A stretch of DNA of 64,000 nucleotides from Hypanus sabinus (GCF_030144855.1 NC_082717.1:47182001-47246000); one strand, 5' to 3'; shown: positions 26,394-40,676, counted from the stretch's first letter. Numbers and translations are program-made. The notes: generated by a model not told the origin, from the letters alone.

Positions 26394-27901
26394 AGAAGAG
26401 AAAATCTACAGTTGCTGGATATCCAAGCAACACACACAAGATGCTGGAGGAGCTCAGCAGGCCACGCAGCATCTATGGAAAAGAGCAGAGTTGATGTTTC
26501 AGGCCAAAACCCTTCAGAAGGACTGGAGAAAAAAAAGATAAGGGGTAATGTTAAAAGGTGGGGGGAGGGGAGGTGAATAGGTGAAACTGGGACGGGGAGA
26601 GGTAAAGTAAAGAGCTTGGATGTTGATTGGTGAAAGAGACAGAAAGCCATGGAAAAAAGAAAAGAGTGGAGGAGCACCAGAGGGAGGCAACGGGCAAAGA
26701 GGTAATGTGAGAGAGGGAAAAGGGGATGGGGAATAGTGAAGGGGGGGGTTGGGCGTGAGCCATGAACAAAAATTTGAGAAATCAATGTTCATACTATCAG
26801 GTTGTAGGCTACCCAGATGGAATATCTTTCTGGCATTTTAAAAAAAAATATATATATTCATTCAAAACACTGGCAGCTATAATTTTGTAAGTTGCCATGT
26901 TTTTTTTATAAAATAAGTGATCGATCTATTGAGGTCTGAACATCGATTTCTTGAACAGACTCACAGGTGGCAGGATACTGTTGGAAATGGTGGAAGTTGC
27001 AGAAAATTATGATCCCACCTCCAAACACATCTTTCCCTCCCTCCTACTTTCTGCAGGGATCACTCCCTAAGCAACTCCCTTGTCCATTCCTCCCTGCTCA
27101 CTTATCTCCCTCTTGGCAGTTATCCTTGCAAGTGGAACAAGTGCTACACCTGCCCCTACACCACCTCCCTCACCACCATTGAGGGCATCAAACAGTCTTT
27201 CCAGATGAGGTGACACCACCTGTGAGTCTGTTGCGGTCATATACTGCGTCCAGTGCTCCTGCTGTGGCCTCCTGTATATCGGTGAAACCCAACGTAGATT
27301 GGGAGACTGCTTTGCAGAGCACCTACACTCTGTCTTCCAGAAAAAGCGGCATCTCACAGTGGTAACCCATTTTAATTCCACTTCCCTTTCCCATTCAGAT
27401 TATTTCTATCCATGGCTTCCTCCACTGTTGTGATGAGGCCATACTAAGGTTGGAAGAACTACACCTTATATTCCGTCTGGGTAGCCTCCAACCTGATAGA
27501 ATGATTATTGATTTCTCGAACTTCTAGTAATGCCCCTCCTTCACCATTCCCAATCCCTTTTCCCTGACTCCTTGTCTGCCCTATGGTGCTTCCCCCCCCC
27601 CCCCCCCCCACTGTTCTTTCTTCCATGGTCTTCTGTACTCTTTTATCAGACTCCCTCTTCTCCAGCCCTGTATCTCTTTCACCAGTCAACTTTCCAGCTC
27701 TGTATTTCATCCCTTCAGGTTGCACCTATCTACCTTGAGTTTCTCCCTCTCTCCTCCACCCACCATTCAAATCTACCCCTCAGCTTTCTTTACCCAGTCC
27801 TGCTGAAGGGTCTCAGACCAAAATGTCAACTGTACTCTTTTCCATAGATGCTGCTTGACCTGCTGAGTTCTCTAGCAGTGTGTGTTGCTTGGATAACTGC
27901 A
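26394..27901. mobile_element. Penelope-like element: GIY-YIG fragment with inverted pseudo-LTR copy
   Basis: Plus-strand VIYCVQCSCCGLLYIGETQRRLGDCFAEHL...HLIFRLGSLQP (~27221-27525); 26394-26825 is a diverged reverse complement of ~27467-27901. Confidence 0.85.
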
Positions 27902-28419
27902 GACAAAGTTCCGAAACAGCGTTGAATACAATTTCATTGATGAAATGGGTATGAAGGAAGGTTACATTTGAGATTTGAGAGAAGCAGGAGCAGAATGAAA
28001 CTGTGTAACACGGATGCATCAAAATATCACATGTCATTGAAATTACCCAAGTGGCAAAAAAAATTATAAATGCAAGAGAGCAGGTGGGCCTGTTAGGAAT
28101 GGTCCAGAAACACCAAGAAAAATGACGAAAGGATGGGGTGAACAAATCTGCCTTCAATTTGTTTGCAGACAACTGGTTCGTCTGCAACTTGTTGGTATGA
28201 CATTTTATCAGAATCAGGTTTAATATCACCTGCATATGTTATGAAATTTGCTGTTATGCAGCAGTTGCTGAAGGGTCTCAGCCCAAAACGTCGACTGTAC
28301 TCTTTTCCATTGAGCATAAACTGTTGCTTCCCCCAATTCTCTCCTGAACAAATGGTAATGAACTCTCAGAATCCTTTTTCCTCCTCTTTTCTTTTGCTGA
28401 TCACATAGATTAGAGACAA

Positions 28420-29700
28420 TTAATCAGAGTCCATTATTAAGGATGAGGTTTTCGAGTATTTGGAGGTTCAACATGGATTCCTGAATGGGAAATCTTGCTG
28501 GGAAAATCTGTTGGAATTCTTTGAGGAAATTATGGGCAAGGGAGATGAGGGAGAGTCAGTTGTATACCTGGATTTTCAAAAGACCTAGACAGAGTGCTGC
28601 ACATGAGACTGCTAAACAAGGATATATAGTATTACAGGAAAGATACTAGCATGGACAGATAATTGGCTGACTGGCAGGAAGCAAAGAGTGTGAATAAAGG
28701 GGATCTTTTCTGATTGGCTGTCGGTAACTAGGCTGTCAACTCCACAGATGTTGAATTTAGGACCGGTTCTTTACATGCTTTGTCAATGATATGGATGATG
28801 GAATTGATAGCTTTGTGTCCAAGCTTGCAGACGATACAACAGTAAGTGGAGGGGAATCTAATCAGTATTGAGGAAGCAGGGCATCTGCATAAGAACTTAG
28901 AAGAATTAGGATAAAGGACAAAGAAGTGACCGATGGAATATAGTGTAGGGAAGTACATAAATGCTCATGCAATTTGGTAGACTATTTTCTAAATGAAGAG
29001 AAAACTCTGAAATCAGTGGTACAAATGGACATGGGAGACCGCCTGCAGGATTCTCTAAAGGTTAACTTGCAGGTTGAGTCAGTACCTCGGATGGTAAATG
29101 CAGTATAAGCATCTATTTTGATTAAACAATAAAAGAAAGAATGTAATGGTGAGGATTTATAAAACATTGGTCAGATTGCATTTGGAATATTGTGAGCAGT
29201 TTAGGGTTCCTGGTCTATGAAAAAGTGCGCTGGCATTTAGAGGTCTAGAGGAGGTTCATGAGAATGAAAGGGTTAATGTATGAGGAACGTTTGAAGGCTC
29301 TGGACCTGTACTCACTGCAGTTTAGAAGAATGACAAGGATCTCATTAAAATCTATCAAATATTAAAAGGCCTAGACAGAATGGACATTGAGAGGATGTTT
29401 CCAATAGTGGGGAAGTCTAGGACCAGAGGGCTCAATGTCGTAATACAAGAACATCCCTTCAGAACGGAGCTAAGGAGGAATTTCTTTATTCATTGGGTGG
29501 TGACTCTGTGGAGTTCGTTGCCACATACAGTTGTGGAACTCAAGTCGTTGGGTGTATTTAAAGCAGAGGTTGATAGATTCCCGATTAGTAAAGGTATCAA
29601 GAGTTACAGGGAGAAGGCAGGAGAGTGGGGTTGAGGGGGATAGTAAATCAGCAATGATCGAATGGCCTAATTCTGCTCCTATGTCTTATGATCTTACAAG
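28420..29700 (+). mobile_element. CR1 LINE, decayed 3' part
   Basis: Recognisable RT and C-terminal pieces (RMFPIVGKSRTRG...FRTELRRNFF) and CR1 3'UTR. Confidence 0.85.
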
Positions 29701-30944
29701 TCCAGTCTGTTCTTATCTCCCAAGGAGAGGAGAAAAAGGTAACACATTTTTGTTGCAAATAAATTTTGAATTGATAAGCTATCAAGCAAAACATTTATTG
29801 TCCCACCAAATATGCTCCTTTCAATAAATACTCAGGGTAGCATTATCATAAGTACATGTTAATATTGCATACTTAAATAGAAAAGTTTCCCAAGGTGATA
29901 TAATTTGAAAAGGATACTGAGCCAGGAAAATATTACAAAGAGGAACAATTAAGTAGATGAAAATGGATTTTATAGAGTAAAATAAGTTAGTATAAGAAAC
30001 AAGTTCAGAGCATCATGCCCAAGCAATGGAAAGCGTGACCACAAACTCTGGCACAAAGAATGGAGCTTTAGTCAAGAAGCCAAATTCAAAAGGGATTGCA
30101 TATCCAATCACATTGCAATTTTAACTCTGAAGATATAAATATCAGGACTGTTGTTACGGAAAGCAATTATCACTTTGATTGTGTTTCTTTACCCCTGAAG
30201 TCCCCCCTTCCATACTTTTAACAATGTCATCAGTGAACAATTCAAAACTTAAAAACTGTGCATTTGGTAACATCAAACTACAGACTAAATTATATAAGAA
30301 GAATAATGAAACAGAAGGGCATTCTATGCCAGCTTAAAGAATAAAAATATGCATGAAGAACAAAGAGAAACGTTCGGAGATTCTTTTCTGCATTTTCTAG
30401 ATTGTGCATTATTTTTACTCTTACAGGGAGCAAGATTCTGTCAAGGATGCAAAGGCAATAGATCAAGTCCAGAGTATTCAAAATATATGTTTAATAAAAC
30501 TGCTGGAAATCTGAATTAAAAACAGAAAAAGCTGGGAAAACTCTGCAGGTCAGATAGAATTGGAGAAAGGTCAAACAGAATTAACATTTCAATTTGAGGG
30601 TCCTTCATAAGACCTGGCAAGAAAAGAAAAGAAATTAGTTTAAGGAATGCAGAGAGGACAGTGGGGAATGGATAGGGCAAAAGAAATACCTTTCATATTT
30701 TCTCATGACATAGTTTGAGCCATTCATACCACTGTATCTATGCTAGCTCTTAAAGAAATCCCATTGACTCCATTTCCCATCTTCGTTTCCTGTAATTTAA
30801 AATTAGTTTATTTTCTCTATTTGCTAGCTTTTATGAAGGGTCTTCAGCATGTAAAATTAACTCTGCTTCTCTTTCCACAGAAACAGTGACCTGCTGACTT
30901 GTTTTTCTTAGCCAAGTGATTTGATGCCAAAAATAGTGAGAGAT

Positions 30945-32375
30945 CCAGGCATACTTTATCCATTTTATTGATGACATAAATCAGTTTGCCAGGGAGGAGC
31001 ATAGAGACAGTCTTCAGAGGGATAGAGATCGGCTGAGTAAATGAACAAATATGGCAGAGACATTGCCCTGTAGAATAGAATATTGTAAAATGTGAGATCA
31101 TTGATGTTCGCAGAAAAAAATAAAAATGATTTATTTTTGAATTGGTAATAAACTGAAAAGCATTGGTTTTCAGAGGGAGTGGGTGTTCTTGTACATGAAT
31201 TACTGTAAGTTAACATTTAATTACAGCACACAATTAGGATGGCAGATAAGATGCTGGCCTTTTTTGCTAAAGGATTTGACTATTATAGTAATGGTGGCCT
31301 ACTGCAATTACACAGAACCTTAGTGAACCACACATGGAATTTGGCATATACTTGGTATCTCTATGCAAAAATAAACTTGTGATAGAGGATCACCAATGAA
31401 GGTTTATCGGACTGGGATGCTTTAAGCAGAAATTAAGCTGGTTGTCCCTGTATGTTTTAGAGTTTAAAAGATGTGAGATGACCTTATTAAAATATACAAA
31501 ACTCTTTACTGATGGCTGCATCAGAACCTGGTATGGACAAACCAATGCCATTGAACAGAAAATCCTACAAAAAGTAGTGGATATGGCCTAGTTTATCACA
31601 AGTTAAGCCCTCCCCACCACTGAGCATATCTACACGGAATAGCAACATTCATCAAAAGCCCCCACCACCGAGGTCATGGTTTCTTCTTGCTGCTGCCATC
31701 AGAAAGAAGGTACAGGAGCCTCAGAACTCATATCACCATGTTCAGGAACAGTTATTACCCCCCAACTATCAGGCTCTTGAACCAGAGAGGATAACTTCAC
31801 TCACCCCAGCGCTGAACTGTTCCTACAACCTATGGACTCACTATCAAGGACTCTTCATCTCATGTCCTCAATATTTATTGTTCACTTATTTGTTATTTCT
31901 TTTGTTTTATTTTACATTTGCAGTTGTCCTTTGCACACTGGTTGTCTGTCCTCACGGGTGCGGTCTTCCATTGATTCTATTATGATTTACTGAGTATCTC
32001 AACAGAAAATGAATCTTAGGGTTGTATATGGTGACATATGTTTATTTAAATAATAAATTTGTTTGAGGTTATACTTGTATGTATCCCCTGGATTAGAGTC
32101 TCAAAATAACAGACAAGCTATTCAGGACAGAGACAAGCAAAAAGTTCTTCACCCAGGGATCAGGAGTTCTCAACCCATGAGGGCAGCAAAGGTTCTGCTG
32201 CTAAGTAAGTTCAAGATGCAGATTAACAGAAGGTTTTGTGTTGGAAAGTAAGCGAGTCAAGCAATAATACATTTCAGGCAGGATAGTGGCATAGAGATGA
32301 AGATTAGCCAAAATCTTATTGAATGGTGGAATTAGTTCAGGGGCTAACTAGTCTAATTCTGCTTCTGTTTTTTAT
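30945..32375 (+). mobile_element. Old CR1 fragment with nested Rex1/Babar 3' piece (~31505-32060)
   Basis: Degenerate CR1 sequence on both sides of a Rex1-type segment. Confidence 0.6.
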
Positions 32376-32533
32376 ATTGCACCTCTACTAAATTGGAACT
32401 GGTGTCAGCTATCTCAGCATTGGACCAATCCAAACATGTATAATCCCTATTGTTCACTTCCAAATCACAGAATCTGAATGAAAGCAATTTAAAGATTATT
32501 CAAATAATTGTGTAAAAGATATGACACACATAC

Positions 32534-32607
32534 TTGTCTGAAAGCTCTATTAGTCTTTCAAATTCTCCAGCATGCTCTGCTACTGCCACAAGAGCAAGGA
32601 GTCCAAC
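32534..32607 (-). CDS. TATDN3: TATDN3 exon 3
   Basis: cag|74 nt|gtatgt; VGLLALVAVAEHAGEFERLIELSD(K) versus human ANVVALVAVAEHSGEFEKIMQLSER; phase 0/2. Confidence 0.96.
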
Positions 32608-33334
32608 CTGCAAAACCAAAAGATGCCGCATTGACAAGTTGCACCAATGACAGCCTTTGTTATGCAGTCTAATAGGCCAATTCCAATTAAAGACCACACA
32701 TTCAGCAGAAATGGTAACATATAAACTCACATGATAACCAACCTTGATACACTTCCTCCAGATCACCTGGAGTGACAGCCGGAGTGCTACTTATTGTACC
32801 AGAGGCTGTCTGTGAAATGGGCAAATGTTGTACTTGGGTAGACAGTGGTCGAAGTCCCATCAAGCTATTCATACGCTAAGAATTATTGACAAAGCAGCAA
32901 CACATTTCTTTAGAATATTTTTATGCCAAATAAAAATCATATTTTCTCATGACACAGAACAAGGCTACTTCACCCATAAGACAATTCCAGCTGCTAGAGC
33001 AATTCCTCAGTCTATTTATTTCCCTACAAGCCATTCTCTCTCCTTCCACCCCCTAATTCTCCAACCTCCAATTTACCCCAGGGATAACTCAGAGTAGCTA
33101 ATTAATCCATCATAAACCTGGATTATTTTCAAAGTTACATGCTTATTTCCCAAACACGATACCAGAAAGTGGAAAAAAAATCCAACAACTATCAGGTAAC
33201 TTCAATAAGTGCAATTCAGGGTTACTTGTTCCTCAAAGCATGTGTGTAAATGATGTCTTTGCCACTTACACGCATAGTTATATTGTATTTTATTTAAGCA
33301 AAGGATTAATTAATTGAAATACATCAGCACTTAC

Positions 33335-33367
33335 CTTTTTAGATTGCTCTACTACTGCATCAATATC
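33335..33367 (-). CDS. TATDN3: TATDN3 exon 2
   Basis: ttttag|33 nt|gtaagt; DIDAVVEQSKK versus human DLDDVLEKAKK; phase 0/0. Confidence 0.9.
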
Positions 33368-35409
33368 CTAAAATAAAAGGAACAATATCAGTAATGGTGT
33401 CATTGCTGATAATAAAATAACTGGGCCCAGAACAAACACACTTTTATGACTCAAGCATTCTTTTTTCTTTACTTCTACACAAGGAGAACGACATGGGGCC
33501 CTGCAGTCCACACTGTTCTGAAGCCAGGACAGAAAACTGCTATTTTTATACAGTATTAGCTTATCAGTTATAGATAATGACCATTTGGTAAATTTGTTTG
33601 AGTGCCTTATTTGGAAATTCAATCGCTATTCTCCAATAGAGGTGTCAAAAGTCAATTGATACTTCAAGCTGATATTTTAAATTAAGTGAAGCAACTGTCC
33701 TTTAGTTTTTGGGTGTGTTTCACATTGTCCCATTATTTCCATCTTGTCTGCCTCTAGCACCTCCTATTGTGTAAAGGGATGCTATGTTTTAGGAAAGCCG
33801 TTCGGAAAAGTCTCACGAGAGGCCTCACTCGTCTGGTTTAAGTATACGCTGCCTAGTCTCTCTCATCTGTAGTAAGTATTGGTAACTCTGGCACTTCAAA
33901 GGTCCACTTAACTACTACTGCCCCAGGCTATTTTTACATGGACGGTTGTCTTTAACCCTTGCCTTACCGCAACTTCCACAATGGCACCCACAACACAAAT
34001 ATAAAATTTTAATTATTAATGATAGCGGTATTCATTTGTTAACTAGCAAATAAATTTTATTTCTGTTGAATACTATTATTGATGTGAAATGCCTTTCTAG
34101 ACAAATTAACATTGCTTTAGAATTAACAACTCATTTCTTGAATATAGCCTTAAGTCTCCCATTTAATGTTTCAAAAGCTTTAGAGTTGTAAAGCACGAGA
34201 CTCAGTTCTGCAAGATCCCTAGGCTGCTTTCTATCACGCAAGAAGTCCAAGGCATATGCATAAAATAATTGGTTATATCTGGTTAAACACACACAAAGCT
34301 ATTTCGACCATGTTCCATATTTCCACAGGATGTAGATAATGAAGAAATTTTATTGAGTCTGATCTGTAATAGAGGGGTAGAGATACAATTATGGAAGCGT
34401 TAGATCCGACTGTTTAATTTTAATTATCATTTTCTTTGCCGTTTAACAATCAATCATCTGCTTGTACTTTAAGATCATTTATATACATAAAAGTTTAGTA
34501 TTACACAAAGTATAATTCTGGAAGCTTCTTGGCCTCTTTGTTCTGAATGAGTATTTTATCATTAGCTGATAAAGTATTAAATAAATATTCTCTAACTGGA
34601 TTATTTTTATCTGTGGAATTTTTCTTATCTCTATGGTACTAAAGTATTTGCATTGTTCCACAGTCTATCTTACTTTAGTTTCTCTCTCCAAGTAGTACTG
34701 TCCCTTTGTTCAACTGTGAAGTAACAAGTTTTATGCCTTGTTCCTGACTTCTAAAAGTACTTCTAAAAGAAAGGAGGAAGTTAAGAAAGGACATAAGTAT
34801 TGGGAAGCAATTGTGGTGGTGGTTTATTTGGAATGTTTCGGGAGTGGATTGATGTAGTCAGGAAAGTGGCAGTAATGTTAGAAAGATGATTTAGAGGAGT
34901 GACGTGGATGTTCTGGGGATGGGGGGGTGGAGAAGGGTGTAAGTTACAGAGGAGCTCAGGGTGATGGAAATTCAGAGTGATGAATGAGATAACTGGTTGT
35001 AAGGGATCACTTGGCAAATATCAAGATGGGAAATAAATTGTTCAGGCAGATGAAAGAGGGCATAAGAGGAAGGGTTGTTTAACTTGAGGAGATGACGAGT
35101 GTTTGGATGACAATTCAGAAAGCAAAGGTAATAGTTGGGTAGGGGTGTGAAGGAGAGAGGAGCAATAATATTCATGTCACTCTAACAATGGAGGATACAT
35201 TAGACACATCAAACTCCCAGGCAGTAGAACTTTGAAGTCAAAACAGACTGAATCTATTTTTGTCTTACACAATTTGATTCCACTATGTTTGTCAAACAAC
35301 GATCATAAAGATGCACATCAAATATACAGAACATTTGTAACAAAAATTCAACATTACACTGCTGGCACACAAAGTATCTGACTTCACCATTGATGTTATA
35401 ATTATGCAT

Positions 35410-36220
35410 ATAACTCAAGTCCTGGTGCAAGGCAAATATCTTCTTCCTCAATGTCAACAAGATAAAGGAAATGGTTATCAACTTCAGAACAGCTTGCACC
35501 TCTAACTCTCTTTACTACGGCAGGGCAACAGTGGAAATTGCGAGCAGTTTCAAACTTGGGAGGGCACATCTCACACAACCTCTCATGGTCCCAGAACACA
35601 TTCTATACAATCAAGGAAGCTCACCAATGGCTCTACTTTCTGAGGAGGCTGAAGAGAGCTGGACTATGCACGTCTATACTCACATCATTCTACAGAGGGT
35701 CAGTAGAGGGCATCCTAACATGCTGCGTCACTGGTTGGTACGGAAACTGCACGGCGGTAGATAGGAAGGCTCTACAACTGGTAGTCAAAAATTGCCCAAC
35801 GCATCACTGCCACCAATAAGAACATTTGAAGAGAAGGTTCCAGAAAAGAACCAGTAACATCATGAAGGATCCCACCCAGCCTTGCTTAGTTTTGTTGCAT
35901 TTCCATCTGAAAAGAAGCTATGTAGCATCCACACCAGGCCAACATGACTCAAAAACAGCTATTTTCCCTCAGTAAGGAAATGCAACCCCACCCACCACTC
36001 CTTCATCATTTCCCATTAGTCACCTTACGTACAGGCACTTCTGTGCCTAGCGTCACTTTATGGACATACAATTAATCTATGTATGTAAGCTATCTTATTT
36101 ATTTATATTATTTTATTGTGTTTTTTTGCGCTGACTGTATTGGATCCAAAGTAACAAATATTTTGTGACCCCCTCACACTTGTGAACTAGAAAAGACATA
36201 AAAAATCTTGAATCTTGAAA
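35410..36220 (+). mobile_element. Rex1/Babar 3' fragment
   Basis: LYFLRRLKRAGL...FYRGSVEGILTCCVTGWYGNC; AATCTTG-repeat tail. Confidence 0.8.
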
Positions 36221-37059
36221 ATAGAATGCTATGATACTAAAAAGAGTTCTATTCTTCTCTGTGAAACTACTTAAAGCACTATCTTAAAAAAACACTACTC
36301 ACAGATGACTGCATTCACTCTCAGTCTGGATCACGTACTCAGCTGCATCATGATGGCCTCCTAACCTCCTGATTCAGAAGTGAGCATACCAGCAAATAAC
36401 TCAAAATGACTACAATGATTGTATTTTATTGCTAAAATTCAGGCTGTAGCTTTGGAAAAGAAATACTATAAAATCATTCAACATAGTTTACAAATTATTG
36501 AAAATAGAAGATGTACTACTATAATATTTATTTATCAATGGAAAATAATTTTTGCTTGTCTAGTTTTGTAAACCTTTGAGGAGTTAACATCCCAAATTGA
36601 TGGCAGGAAGATAAGCAACTTCTTCAGAACTAAGGTCAATGCATATTGAGGCCAATGCAATAGTCAAGGATGAATAGCTGTTTACATTGGGAGTGGTCAT
36701 GCGAGCTTTATGCCCTTGATGTTTTGAACACTAAAAATTCAGATCAAAGAAAATCTTTATTTAATATATATTGCCGGTGCAAAGATCCAGAATACGTACT
36801 TCAGTAAAATCGACTCACCGGAATGACCTGATTGATATAAAACGTCTGATGAATAAAATAAACCGAACATAATACCTTCAGTATGCAAGGCTGTAAAGTA
36901 AGGAGCAGCAGGAAGTTCACTGTGTTAACATCAAACAAATGTTTCCTTACACGGGAGTATGTGTTGCCAGGTGACTGATCAAACCTGTTTCCTTTTGCAA
37001 TTAAGTTCTGTAATCAGCAAAAGAAATGAATGATATGACATTTTATCATTCATCATATC

Positions 37060-38100
37060 ATATTTCACAGGCCCTTCAGTCCAACTCATCTATGCTAATG
37101 AAGCCAATCAGTCCCACTTGCCCACATTTGGCCCATATGACTTAAAATTTTCTTATCCATGTAACTGTCTAATTTTAAAAAATTAATTGTACCTGCCTCT
37201 ACAGCTTCTTCTGATAACTCATTCCATATAACAATCACATTCTCTGTGGAAAATGTTGCCCTTTAGGTTTCTTTTAAATCTTTCTCCTCTAACCTTAAAC
37301 TTTGCCCCTTAGTTTGATTACCCAACTTGGGGAAAAAAGACTGTGAACATCCATTGTACCTACAGCCTTCATGATTTTATATACTTCTATCAGGTCACCC
37401 ATCAGCCTCTAAGCTGAAGGTTAAAAAGCCCAAGACCATCCAGCCTTTCCCTATAATTCAACCCCTCCAATCCTGGTAACCTCCTAGTGAGTCTTTCTTC
37501 TAATTTAGTGACATCCTTCTTATAGCTGGGTAACTAGAACTACATATGATACTCCGATGTCTGATACAGCTGCAATATGATGTCCCAACTCTTGTCCTCA
37601 GTGTTCTGATTGAAGAAGGCACACATAGCAATACTTTTTTAAAAACCATATAGTTCACCTGTGTTGACACTTTCTGGGAACTATGTATCTGAATCCCTAG
37701 ATCTCTCTGTTCTACTATAATCTTCATGGTTCTGATATTTACTGTGCAAGTCCTGCTCCAGGTTTGTATATCAAAGTATTACACCTGCACTCATCCAAGT
37801 TAAATTCCATCTGCCTTTTCATGGCCCACTTCCCCAGTCAATCTCTATCCCACTGTAATCTTCGCTGCCCATTATAGCATCATTAATATAGATGAATAGG
37901 TCGTCATCTATATTAACAAGCTGGATGAGAATGCCACCTACATTCTCATCCGAATCATTAATATAAAAGATTAACAGTGGACCCAGCACTTACCCAAGCA
38001 AATCATCACTGGTTTCAGTCATCCAATTTGGAAAACAATGCTCCAGTAGCACCCCGACTCCCTCCACTAAGCCAATTTAGTATCTAATTAACCAATTCAC
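37060..38100 (-). mobile_element. CR1 LINE, decayed
   Basis: EQRDLGIQIHSSQKVSTQV fragment and CR1-type 3' end. Confidence 0.7.
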
Positions 38101-39904
38101 CTGAATTCCAAGAGAAAACCAAGATGACAATCCTAATCATTCTTCATCTTTCCATTTTCATATTCATTTACATTGGTACGTACAGTGAAATGGGTCATTT
38201 GTTGAGTTACAACCAACACAACCTATGGCAGCCCACAAGTAACACTGCGAATTCCGGCACCAACATAGCATGCCCACAATGTTCAGTATAACAACACAAA
38301 CCACAACAGTGACAAAACAAGCCCCTTTCCTCCCTCCTAGCCACTGACACACAAACAAAAGCCTTTGACCCCAGGACAGACTGCCTCTAGGCCTCCAACT
38401 CACATTTCCTGGGCCCGGATCACAGACTTGCAGACTTTGGCCTTGGATTTTCAGACACACCAACTTAGAGATTTTGCCCATCATGCCTTGATTTCTGGAC
38501 TTACCAACCTTGGTATTCGATCTTTAGACGTTATCCTTCATTATCAGTCCCAGAACTCACCGATCATGGACTTTATCTCCAGCTCTCAAACTCCAGACTT
38601 GCATGGACCTCCAACCCAAAGACTCGCTCCCCTGGGGGGGGGGGGAGGGGGGTCATCAGCCCTTGTGCCAAAATGCTGGCAGGTCCTGTCAATCAGAAAC
38701 CCCTCCAGTAACTTTCCCACCAATGATGTTAGGCTCTCCGGTTTATTCTTGCAGCACTTTTTAAAAAGGCACATTGTAACCCTCCAATCTTCCAGCACTT
38801 GACCCCTGGCGGAATCTTGCTTACAATTCTGTGCAGGAATATGTGGCAATACTGCCCTCTAGTGCCCTTGGCATTGGTTAATGGCGTGAAAAGCATGCTG
38901 ACCATTTCCAGATTTTTTCACAGTAGAAAGTCAATGAGACGTTGCCCTTATTTCGTTACCCTTATGCCTTTGATGCAATTTTAAAGTCAGTTATTTACAA
39001 GACAATATAATTGCTTTTGAATGATTGCTTGGAAACTTAAACTATATTGTCCCATAAACTCCAAGGATAAAATTATATTTTTAGCACAGCATCAGACTAG
39101 AACTGCTACCAAATGGGCCAATCACTTATCTTTCATTTCTATGGGTCACATACTACACTGAACCAGCTACTCTCATCAACTCCTTTACCCACATGACAGC
39201 ATCTTAAAAGCAGGAATTTATCATTGCTTTAAAATATACATTAGAATGACAGGTGTCTGCTATGTTCAAATCAAATAGGTTGAAAATGGGAAAAATTATA
39301 TTGCCTTATGACAACCTATCAGTCAATTTCAATGCTAATGCAAGGTCTTCATCCAAAACATTGACAATTTCTTCCACATCACCCACACCCCACAGATGTT
39401 GTTCGACCTTCTGAGTTCTTTCAGCAGCTTGCTTTATGCTCCATCCACTCCTCATATTGTGCATGCATATATTGTGCTATTTATCACGCAGGTACTCACA
39501 CTGAAGCCTGATTCACCAAAGACCTCTGGATTGTAGTCAGTAACTAGTATTAATGGCTACTTTTTTGTTATATCTTTACAATTAAGTGTAAAGGGCGATT
39601 TGTTACAAATACTGCAAAATCTTGGTCTTTCAAGTCTATAGGCTCAATGTAAAACTTAATAAATAAATGTATCTACAAAGCTTTTAAAGGTCAAATGATA
39701 TGTTACAGCAATGGCTTTAAAAATGTTTAACTTTTTTTCCCATGAGTTAATATTTTAGAATTTATTGGGAAATTTCAAGTACCAAGGAGGGATAGTGTCA
39801 GGGCAGACTGATCTGAGGATGCAATCAGTGGGAAAGGAGTGGGACTGTGGAGAGAAAGATTAGGGGGTAGCATAATTTTGGAGGAGGCTGTTGAAGACTT
39901 AATG

Positions 39905-40676
39905 GGTGAAAGACTGATTGTGGACTTCAGAACGGGTAAGATCTAGGAACACATACCAATCCTCATAGAGGGATCAGAAGTAAAGAGAGTAAGCAGCTTC
40001 AAGTTCCTGGGTGTCAAGATCTCTGTGGATCTAACCTAGTCCCAACACGTTGATATAGTCATAAAGAAGGCAAGATTATTAGGAGCTTGAAGCTATTTGG
40101 AATGTCTACGAATACAATCTAACACCTCTATAGTTGTACTGTGGAGAGCACTCTGACAGGCTGCATCACTGTCTGAGATGGCTACTGCACAGGACTGAAA
40201 GAAGCCTCAGAAGGTTGTAAATCTAGTCAGCTCCATCTTGGGTACTAGCCTATAAAGTACCCAGGACATCTTTAGGGAGCGGTGCCTCAGAAAGGCAGTG
40301 TCCATTACTAAAGACCTCCAGCACCCAGGGCACGCCCTTTTCTCACAGTTACCATCAGGAACTGTACAGAAGCCTGAAGGCACACACTCAGTGATTCAGG
40401 AACAGCTTCTTCCCCTCTGCCATCCGATTCCTAAATAAACATTGAATCTTTGGATACTACCTCACTTTTTAAAAAATATACAGTATTTCTGTTTTTGCGC
40501 ATTAAAAAAAATCTATTCAATATATGTAATAGATATGCTGTTTATTTAATATTATGTCTTATTTTATTTATTATTATTTTTTCTCTTTCTGCTAGATTAT
40601 GTATTGCATTGAACTGCTGCTGCTAAGTTAACAAATTTCACTTCCATGCCGGTGATAATAAACCTGATTCTGATTC
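39905..40676 (+). mobile_element. Rex1/Babar 3' fragment (same subfamily as 18950-19835, opposite orientation)
   Basis: Close reverse complement of 18950-19720 including 3'UTR and CTGATT tail. Confidence 0.85.

Noticed and set aside
34760-35180. Purine-rich stretch with short minus-strand ORFs
   Set aside because: Looks like a very old LINE remnant; no motif could be supported
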